Origin: an uncultured Planctomycetia bacterium
GTDB lineage: Bacteria > Planctomycetota > UBA8108 > UBA1146
Assembly: GCA_964422295.1 (NCBI GenBank)
Contig: CAYRAM010000015.1
Coordinates: 3,272 to 67,271, forward strand
Reading direction: 5' to 3'
Length of the DNA stretch: 64,000 bases
Made by a program: the position numbers and the translations under genes. Under the pieces are notes generated by a model. It did not search any database, was not told the origin of the DNA, and worked only from the letters and a program-made list of their open reading frames with translations. Positions within the stretch are counted from its first letter, which is position 1, and each line of letters begins with the position of its first letter. Shown piece after piece: positions 56,991 to 64,000 of the stretch.

Positions 56991-58774
56991 CGGGCCTCCA
57001 CTTCCGAAGCACTGTTGAGAGCATTGCGAACAAACTTCGCAGACAGAGGCAAACCTCCGTAGTAGTTTCTGCAAAAGATCCTGCCAGCAAGATCCGGGAA
57101 CTCAATCGTCAGCAATCGGGCCAATTGTCCCTGCTGGTTCTGCTCGATCACCATTACCGAATCATGATCTTCGATGAATCCTTTCACCTCGTCATGAAAA
57201 GGGTAACTGCGGATTCTCAGATAGGGCGGAGGTGATTCCATCTCGGAGAGAACTTCATCGACGGCCCATTCCGTCGTTCCGCAGGCGATCAATCCCATCT
57301 GCCCTGAACCGGATCTGAGAACAGGCTCAGGGAGGTCAACCACCATGCCGGAGATCTTGCGGGAAATCCTGTCGAGATTTCTGGCATAGACTTGGGGATC
57401 TTCACTGTAGTTGGCATCTTCATCATGGCCTGAACCCCGGGTCAGGTGAGCAGTTTTGGGATGCAAGGTCACTCCGGGAATGGTGCGATAGGGAATGCCA
57501 TCTCCATCCACATCCCGGTAGCGTCCCCAGTTTTCCAGTTTGGCGATCACCTCATCGGATGCGATTTTGCCGCGATCAAAGTCAGCCGAGGGCTCTTCGA
57601 GGGGATCGCAGATCCAATTGTTCATCCCAAGATCCAGGTCGGACATGAAGATCACCGGTGTCTGGTATTTTTCAGCGAGATCATATGCCTGACAGGACAT
57701 GTCGAAAGCCTCACCGGGAGTTGCGGGGATCAGCATCGGAAACTGTGTGTCCCCATGGGAGTGGAATGCCACTTGAAGCATGTCGCTCTGCTGGGTTCTC
57801 GTGGGCAGTCCCGTCGATGGTCCCACTCTTTGAATGTCATAGATGACGGTGGGGATCTCTGCGAAGTAACCGAGGCCGAGATTTTCCGCCATCAGGGAAA
57901 TGCCTGGACCGCTGGTGGAAGTCATCGAACGAGCCCCCGCCCATCCTGCACCAAGGGCCATGCCTACGGCGGCCAATTCATCCTCCGCCTGGATGACTAC
58001 AAATCGGTTATCGCCGTTGGGATCTTTCTCTCGGACCTTATCAATATGTTTCTCCAGCGACTCGGCAAGAGATGATGCCGGTGTGATCGGATACCAGGAG
58101 ACGACAGAAACTCCGCCCCAGATGGCACCGAGTGCCGCGGCTTCATTGCCGTCCACCAAAATTCTTGATCCCACCTGGTCAGCAGATTCGACCTTGTAAG
58201 GGTCCTCCTTGGTGAAGTTTTCCTCGGCATAATGCTGGCCGATGAGTGCGGCGTCTTCATTGAGTTGAATCACTTCTTCTTTGCCAGGGAAGACGGTTTC
58301 GAGAGCTTCACGGATCGCTGTGATCGGGATATCAAGGAGCCAGGAAACCACTCCCACATAGATCAGGTTTTTCAATCTCGGGCGCAACTTTGCATTGTCG
58401 ATTTTTCTGGCCAACTGATCGAAGGGGACAGGGTATCTGACGAAGCCTTCAAAAGAGCGATCTGCAGTTTTCCAATCGCTGTTATCGATCACGACCGTAC
58501 CCGCTTTGCTCTCTTTCAAATCCTTGGCGATGGTCGCTTGATTGAGAGGTAGCAGAATCTGCCACGATTCAGCCATCGTTTGCCAACCCCCGGGGCTGAC
58601 GCGGATCTGATACCAAGTGGGCAGCCCTGCGATATTGGAGGGAAACAAGTTCTTTGCATTGGCAGCGAGACCCATCCTCAGTAACGCACGGTGAATCACG
58701 ATATTTGAAGTCTGACTGCCAGTTCCATTAGGCGTTGCAATGCGAATCGAGAAGTCGTTCACCACCGGATTCAT
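56987..58774 (-). CDS. korA: 2-oxoacid:acceptor oxidoreductase subunit alpha
   Basis: NGTGSQT, GNEAAALG, WYPITPASS, QAEDELAA, TSGPGISLM, QRVGPSTGLPTR, EQNQQGQL. ATG 58774. Confidence 0.93.
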   Translation of the reverse strand: MNPVVNDFSIRIATPNGTGSQTSNIVIHRALLRMGLAANAKNLFPSNIAGLPTWYQIRVSPGGWQTMAESWQILLPLNQATIAKDLKESKAGTVVIDNSDWKTADRSFEGFVRYPVPFDQLARKIDNAKLRPRLKNLIYVGVVSWLLDIPITAIREALETVFPGKEEVIQLNEDAALIGQHYAEENFTKEDPYKVESADQVGSRILVDGNEAAALGAIWGGVSVVSWYPITPASSLAESLEKHIDKVREKDPNGDNRFVVIQAEDELAAVGMALGAGWAGARSMTSTSGPGISLMAENLGLGYFAEIPTVIYDIQRVGPSTGLPTRTQQSDMLQVAFHSHGDTQFPMLIPATPGEAFDMSCQAYDLAEKYQTPVIFMSDLDLGMNNWICDPLEEPSADFDRGKIASDEVIAKLENWGRYRDVDGDGIPYRTIPGVTLHPKTAHLTRGSGHDEDANYSEDPQVYARNLDRISRKISGMVVDLPEPVLRSGSGQMGLIACGTTEWAVDEVLSEMESPPPYLRIRSYPFHDEVKGFIEDHDSVMVIEQNQQGQLARLLTIEFPDLAGRIFCRNYYGGLPLSAKFVRNALNSASEVEAR

Positions 58775-58976
58775 GAAACTCTCCCTATGACTCGGCAGAT
58801 CCGGAATGGAGCCTCGCCGATTCATAAGAGGATCGTCCCCCTTGGCCTTGGAATCAAGCCTTCCCGAGGTTGAGTACCCTCACCACTGGCCGAAGCGTCC
58901 CGACTGTGAGACCTTGCGGGAGACAGATCGGACCCAGTTGAGACCGGGAGGAATATTGGATTTTGATCTGATAAGC

Positions 58977-59789
58977 ATGGAGCCGATGCTGTGGGCGATG
59001 ATTCTGGTGGTGGGTATCATCGCCGGCGTGATCAATACCATTGTAGGTGGTGGGACCCTGCTGATTCTGCCCCTGTTGATCGAAGTGGTGGAGATCCCTC
59101 CCCACCTTGCCAATGGTACGAATCGAATCTGTGTCGCTGTCCAGGCGGCGGTGGCGCTATGGGTACTGAGCAGGGGTTCGAAGAAGCCAGGGGAAGCAAA
59201 TCCCCCCCCGATTCTTGAGGCGATGCCGTGGAAATTGGCAGTCATCGTCGGCCTCTCTGCATTGCCCGGAGCTTATTTGGCCAGCGTACTCGAACCGGAA
59301 GAATTGCGCAGGGCTCTTGGCCTGTTCGTCCTCGTCGCGGTCAGCGTTTTCATGTTTTCCGAATCTGCCAAAACTACGAAGGAGTCTCCCCGTGATTCGT
59401 CCAAATTGAAGCCACCGGATACTCGCGGATTCAGGGGGATTGGACTGGTCATCGCATCGGTGGGCTGCGGCCTGTACGGAGGTTTTGTCGGCGCCGGGAT
59501 TGGGGCATTCATCATCTTGATGTTCACAGCCACCGGCGTCGAGTTGGAGCGTGCAGTGCGCTGGAAGGTTTTTCTGGTGTGGCTGCTCTCCACCGTGGCG
59601 GGAGTCTATTATTTCGGGGTCGGCAACTTTTCCCTCTCCATAGCAATCCCCTTGGTCGTTGCCTACGCCCTCGGCGGTTATTTGGGGGGGAGGTTGATCG
59701 TCCGTGGGAGTAACAATTGGCTCAGACCCCTCGTTGGAGTGATCAGCGCAACTTTGGCTCTTCTGATGCTCTTTGGAGACCCGAAATAG
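58977..59789 (+). CDS. Sulfite exporter TauE/SafE family membrane protein
   Basis: GVINTIVGGGTLL, ANGTN, GLYGGFVGAGIG; multiple TM helices. Confidence 0.88.
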   Translation: MEPMLWAMILVVGIIAGVINTIVGGGTLLILPLLIEVVEIPPHLANGTNRICVAVQAAVALWVLSRGSKKPGEANPPPILEAMPWKLAVIVGLSALPGAYLASVLEPEELRRALGLFVLVAVSVFMFSESAKTTKESPRDSSKLKPPDTRGFRGIGLVIASVGCGLYGGFVGAGIGAFIILMFTATGVELERAVRWKVFLVWLLSTVAGVYYFGVGNFSLSIAIPLVVAYALGGYLGGRLIVRGSNNWLRPLVGVISATLALLMLFGDPK

Positions 59790-59985
59790 AAGAGAAGGTT
59801 GTCCCCACATTCTGGTCGATTGGTGCTATGTGGACCCCCGTATCAGGAGTACCATAGATGGACGGGTCCTCTTCGGAATTTCTAATCTTGGATCCTGCTC
59901 AAATTCGCTTATCAGTTGAGCTTGGTTCAATTTTGTCATGGCTCCTGCCCGGGAGCGCCAGAAGTATCGGATACGAGGTAATTGG

Positions 59986-61455
59986 ATGAGATTTCAGCTC
60001 TCCCGTCTCTCGTGGGTAATCCTGATCTGTTTGGGGACGATGAGCCCCTTGCATGCCAAGGACTTTCTGCGCGGCGATGTCAACGAAGATGGCATTGTCG
60101 ACATCGCCGATGGCGTAAACATGCTCGATTACATGTTCCTCAGCGGATTTACCTACTGTGTGGATGCCAATGACATCGATGACGACGGCGTGGTCAATGT
60201 CACCGACGCGGTCAATTTGTTTGGATACCTCTTTACGGGGTCCAGTGCGCCTGCGGCACCCTTCACCGTATGTGGCCCTGATCCCACCCCTGATACCCTC
60301 GGTTGTGAAAGTTACGCCACTTGCACCATGGGGGATGCGATTCCGGGTCTCGATCAGCAAACTTTTGAATCTTTCATTCGCGGGCGTGTGTTGACGGCGA
60401 AGCAGTTTTCCCCGGAAGAGGGCTTGGGCCCATTCTACAATTCGGTCAGCTGTTCTTCGTGCCACAGTACTCCCGTCGTCGGAGGTTCTGCGCCCCTTTA
60501 CCGCAACTTTTACTTTGCTGCAGTTGGGCAGATGGGAAGCCAGTCTCCGATTTGGGATCCTCCAGGTGTTCCCAGCATCGTCATGCCCAGTTACACCTAC
60601 CCCTTTGGTCCACGACCAGCTTTCCCCGATCCTTCGCAGGTGGGTAATCAGCCGGTGACAGTCGCCCAAAGAAATGCTCCCCCGGGATTGGGAGTGGGGC
60701 TTTTTGAACAGGTTTCCAATCAAGAGATCGCTTCTCGTGCCGACCCCGCTGACAGTGATGGCGACGGCATTAGTGGCCGCTTCAACACCGACGGTTTCGG
60801 AAACATGGGCCGATTTGGATACAAGTTGCAGGCCAACTTTCTCGAAGCGTTTTTGAGAGGTGCCATCAACAATCAGATGGGGATCACCACTGATCCCTTC
60901 TTCGGTTCATCGGGAATCGTCAGTTCCTCCTTTATGCAGGTGGGAGCTTCCTACGACGAGCCGACGGTCGATGGAGATTCAATCGCAGATCCAGAGATCT
61001 CCGTTGAAGATTTTGGCGACATCGTCATCTTCTCGCAGTTCGTTGCGCCTCCTCCTACAGGGAGTATGGGCCCGGAGGAACTCCAGGGAGAACAAATCTT
61101 CTCCGATCTGGGTTGTGTGAAGTGCCACGTTCCCGAGATTGAATCTGCTTACGGACCTTTGTCCGCCTACACCGACCTGTTGCTCCACGATATGGGGCCG
61201 GAGTTGGCAGACGGTATCTCGATGGGAATGCCACAGTTCAGTACGAGTTCACCAAACACGACCGGTAGTGAGTGGCGTACCCAGCCGTTGTGGGGCGTTC
61301 GGTTGCATGGCCCGTGGCTTCACGATGGCCGTGCGGACACCATGCATGAGGCGATCATCCTCCACGGAGGAGAATCCGAGAGTATTCGGGAAGCCTATGA
61401 GGCATTGCCCGCCGCCGATCAAGAAGCGGTGATTCGATTCCTGGAGGCGCTGTAA
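59986..61455 (+). CDS. Di-heme oxidoreductase (DHOR-family) protein with N-terminal dockerin-like domain
   Basis: Signal peptide, FLRGDVNEDG...CGPDPT..C, then GLGPFYNSVSCSSCH, DPADSDGDGISGR, GRFGYK, CVKCH, YTDLLLHDMG, WRTQPLWG, LHDGRA. Confidence 0.9.
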   Translation: MRFQLSRLSWVILICLGTMSPLHAKDFLRGDVNEDGIVDIADGVNMLDYMFLSGFTYCVDANDIDDDGVVNVTDAVNLFGYLFTGSSAPAAPFTVCGPDPTPDTLGCESYATCTMGDAIPGLDQQTFESFIRGRVLTAKQFSPEEGLGPFYNSVSCSSCHSTPVVGGSAPLYRNFYFAAVGQMGSQSPIWDPPGVPSIVMPSYTYPFGPRPAFPDPSQVGNQPVTVAQRNAPPGLGVGLFEQVSNQEIASRADPADSDGDGISGRFNTDGFGNMGRFGYKLQANFLEAFLRGAINNQMGITTDPFFGSSGIVSSSFMQVGASYDEPTVDGDSIADPEISVEDFGDIVIFSQFVAPPPTGSMGPEELQGEQIFSDLGCVKCHVPEIESAYGPLSAYTDLLLHDMGPELADGISMGMPQFSTSSPNTTGSEWRTQPLWGVRLHGPWLHDGRADTMHEAIILHGGESESIREAYEALPAADQEAVIRFLEAL

Positions 61456-62603
61456 TGATTCCCAAGTTTTGCAGGATTATCTTTGTGGCGTGTTTGTTGT
61501 GCAGTGTCGGCACTGCTTTTGGAGAAATCATCGATGACTCCACCCCGGTTCCCCCGGTGGGAGACTGGGGAGGACCCGATCGAGTTCTGAACGCTGACGA
61601 ATTGGAACTATGGATCCGCGGTCGCAAGATATTTGACAAAGATTGGCGCCAAGCAGATGGTCTGGGTACACCCGAGATGAATGCGGATTCGTGTCGTGCG
61701 TGTCATCAGCAGCCGGTCATCGGTGCCGGTGGAGCACTCGACGGCAACGTTACCCAGTTTGGCAGCGACAACGGTGGATCCGGGCCCTTCACCTTTTTTC
61801 CGGGTGGGCCAGTCGCCAGTAAACTGAGACGCCCCGATACCCCCGGCCGGGAAGATGCAGATCCCGCTGCAGATGTCTTTGAGCAGCGACAGACCCCCTC
61901 CGTTCTCGGTGCAGGTCTCATCGATAGCATCCCCGATAGCGTGATCATCGCCAACGAGGATCCCCTCGACAATGACGGCGATGGTGTCCGTGGTGTCGCC
62001 CGCCTCATCGATACGGGAAGTGGTTTGGAAGTGGGCAAGTTTGGCTGGAAAGGTCAGATCCCCACAGTTTCCGACTTTGTTCGTGACGCTCTCGGTGGAG
62101 AGGTCGGCCTGACCGTCTTTGATGACGGACGTGGATTTGGAATCCTGACCGATGGTGACAATGTCCCCGACCCGGAGATTCCGATCGATGATTATGACGC
62201 TCTGGTCTTCTACAACCAGCGTCTCGCGGCACCGCCACGGGCGGGGGGCGATGTTGCTGCAGGAGAAGCGTTGTTCGCTTCTGTGGGTTGCGCCACCTGC
62301 CATATCCCTGAACTCCCCGGAGCAAATGGCCCCGTAGCCCTCTACTCTGATCTTCTGCTTCACGACATTCATGATGTGGATTTCCGTGGAACTGCTGAGC
62401 CGGATGCAGGAGTGGGGATGTATCGGACACCGCCCCTTTGGGGACTGCGTGAATCCGCTCCTTACCTTCACGATGGCAGGGCGTCGACGATCGAAGCTGC
62501 CATCGAACAGCATTTCGATGAAGCGGAGAATGCCCGTCTCAACTACGAAGGATTGACCGATTCGGAGAGAGAGCAGTTATTGCTCTTCCTTCGGGACATT
62601 TAA
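61455..62603 (+). CDS. Second di-heme oxidoreductase (DHOR-family) protein
   Basis: Signal peptide, GLGTPEMNADSCRACH, DPLDNDGDGVRG, GKFGWK, CATCH, YSDLLLHD, RTPPLWG, YLHDGRA; coupled to the upstream stop. Confidence 0.9.
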   Translation: MIPKFCRIIFVACLLCSVGTAFGEIIDDSTPVPPVGDWGGPDRVLNADELELWIRGRKIFDKDWRQADGLGTPEMNADSCRACHQQPVIGAGGALDGNVTQFGSDNGGSGPFTFFPGGPVASKLRRPDTPGREDADPAADVFEQRQTPSVLGAGLIDSIPDSVIIANEDPLDNDGDGVRGVARLIDTGSGLEVGKFGWKGQIPTVSDFVRDALGGEVGLTVFDDGRGFGILTDGDNVPDPEIPIDDYDALVFYNQRLAAPPRAGGDVAAGEALFASVGCATCHIPELPGANGPVALYSDLLLHDIHDVDFRGTAEPDAGVGMYRTPPLWGLRESAPYLHDGRASTIEAAIEQHFDEAENARLNYEGLTDSEREQLLLFLRDI

Positions 62604-62722
62604 TCCACTTCGCTGAATACAGATATCAGGACCGCCCGTGATTCATGCCTTGCATTGTAATCACGGGCGGTATTTCATCCGGGCGCGAGACAACAGGGGA
62701 ATCATTGACCGGAGTCGCCGAT

Positions 62723-63937
62723 TTGAAGCGTCATTTGCTAATCCTGATATTGCCGATTCTGTTACTTCTCAGCGCATGTGGAATCACGGCTGTTCAAACT
62801 GCCGATCCAGATTCTCTGTCTCCTGAGGGGCACTCCTATCCATTCAAGGTGCTGCACCGTTTGTCTGGAGCAGCGAGGATCCCCTGGTTTCACGATGACG
62901 AGGGTTGTCCCATCGATCGTGAAAAGGCGACCGGCGTCATGGGGGAGGCATTGGCCCGTTGGAATCTGACGGGCAGCGTTGCATTCGAGAGGGTTGAAAG
63001 TGCCAGCGATGCCATCGTCGTGATCCGCTGGCAATCGCGGGAGATCCGCGGAAGAGCGCGATTTGGAAATATGGAATCGATCCTGGCGCAGGTGGTGAGG
63101 TTTGCCAATGCCGATCGCATGGAGATCGTATTGAACAGCTCCCTGCGCTGGAATCCGGGTCCTGTAAAATCTGCCCCCAAAGAAAAGCCTGCTGGTCAGG
63201 TCGATGCTCCTCCCAGATTTCCTGAACTCCCCGAGCCTCATCTGTATTCGGTCATCTTGCATGAGGGTGGTCACGTTCTCGGATTGGGGCATGTCGAATT
63301 GGAAGACTCGGTGATGCAGCCGCTTCAGGGTCACACGGTGAGCGAGCCATCACCCGGTGATTTGGCGGGGATCCGCAGCCTTTATGGGGATGACCTGCCA
63401 GCCGCCCATGGGGATATCCGGATCGTTTGTCACGATCCAGATGGGGGTGAATATCTGGCAGCCCCGATACTCAGGGGGATTGCCCCTGCCGACAGCGTCG
63501 GAGCCTATGTTGTCGATCTCGATGGGGATGAGCACGATGAGATCTTGCTGCTTCAATCTTCCCAATCATGGGCCCCCGGCACAGGATTGCTGTTGTTGGC
63601 ATTCGATGATCGATCCCTGTTAAAAGGAACATACGGACCTTTGCCTGCAGTGATCGATGGCTCATCGCCGTTCTGTTATGGCAGAACCACTTCCGGGGAT
63701 GGTGTCATCGCGCACTCATTGAAAGATGGGCGCTACCATGCGCTGATTTTCAAAGCGGGTCGCTTGCCAGCCAGACCATGGACGAATGACACGTCCTGGG
63801 AATCGATCGGGGGTGGGGGTGGAGATGCGGATGGGGATGGGATTCTCGATGCTCCCATCGTGGGCATCTCTCCGTTGGGATCTTGTGATCTCGATGGGGA
63901 TGGACACAAGGAAACACTGAAGCAGGGGGCACCCTGA
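62723..63937 (+). CDS. Matrixin (M10-like metzincin) lipoprotein with C-terminal acidic FG-GAP-like motifs
   Basis: Lipobox LLLLSAC, LHEGGHVLGLGH, Met-turn SVMQP, DLAGIRSLYG, DLDGDEHDE, DLDGDGHKE. TTG 62723. Confidence 0.85.
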   Translation: MKRHLLILILPILLLLSACGITAVQTADPDSLSPEGHSYPFKVLHRLSGAARIPWFHDDEGCPIDREKATGVMGEALARWNLTGSVAFERVESASDAIVVIRWQSREIRGRARFGNMESILAQVVRFANADRMEIVLNSSLRWNPGPVKSAPKEKPAGQVDAPPRFPELPEPHLYSVILHEGGHVLGLGHVELEDSVMQPLQGHTVSEPSPGDLAGIRSLYGDDLPAAHGDIRIVCHDPDGGEYLAAPILRGIAPADSVGAYVVDLDGDEHDEILLLQSSQSWAPGTGLLLLAFDDRSLLKGTYGPLPAVIDGSSPFCYGRTTSGDGVIAHSLKDGRYHALIFKAGRLPARPWTNDTSWESIGGGGGDADGDGILDAPIVGISPLGSCDLDGDGHKETLKQGAP

Positions 63938-63938
63938 T

Positions 63939-64000
63939 CTAGTCGAAGAGGGCATCGATAAACTGGTCTGGGTCAAAGACCTGCAAATCTTCGACCGCTT
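63939..64000 (-). CDS. ftsY: 3' end of signal recognition particle receptor FtsY (partial)
   Basis: Minus-strand frame ...AVEDLQVFDPDQFIDALFD* matches the conserved FtsY C-terminus; only about 20 codons are visible. Confidence 0.75.
   Translation of the reverse strand, partial: AVEDLQVFDPDQFIDALFD

Overview
Bacterial chromosomal window with no rRNA, tRNA, CRISPR array, transposase or integrase that I can recognise. The PVC-type CxxCH dehydrogenase, DUF1080, DUF4139 pair, dockerin-like secreted proteins and archaeal-type ProRS suggest a Planctomycetota genome (inference). Housekeeping and metabolic genes include partial proS, an M20D amidohydrolase, a UbiD decarboxylase, fhs, an RNase HII-like gene, a TrmH methylase, rpmH, nagA, tldD/E, 2-oxoacid:ferredoxin oxidoreductase alpha/beta, a TroABCD/MntR metal uptake locus with a palindromic operator, and the 3' end of ftsY. 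The most notable accessory content is: (1) a cysteine-rich dockerin-like module shared by four unrelated secreted proteins (two gluzincin proteases, a beta-helix protein, a di-heme oxidoreductase); (2) an FHA-TM-helical-M64 peptidase fusion followed by a FlhG/MinD-like ATPase; (3) an AT-richer gmd-fcl-GT11 fucosylation cassette that resembles T4-like cyanophage genes as I recall them; (4) two tandem FokI/NlaIII-type DNA adenine methyltransferases with no visible nuclease; (5) tandem di-heme DHOR genes followed by a matrixin lipoprotein; (6) metal ABC permeases with degenerate DtxR-like tails, as in chlamydial YtgCR. Many start codons were moved downstream of the supplied ORF starts using RBS position and protein N-termini. 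All family calls come from motif recognition by eye, not database searches.
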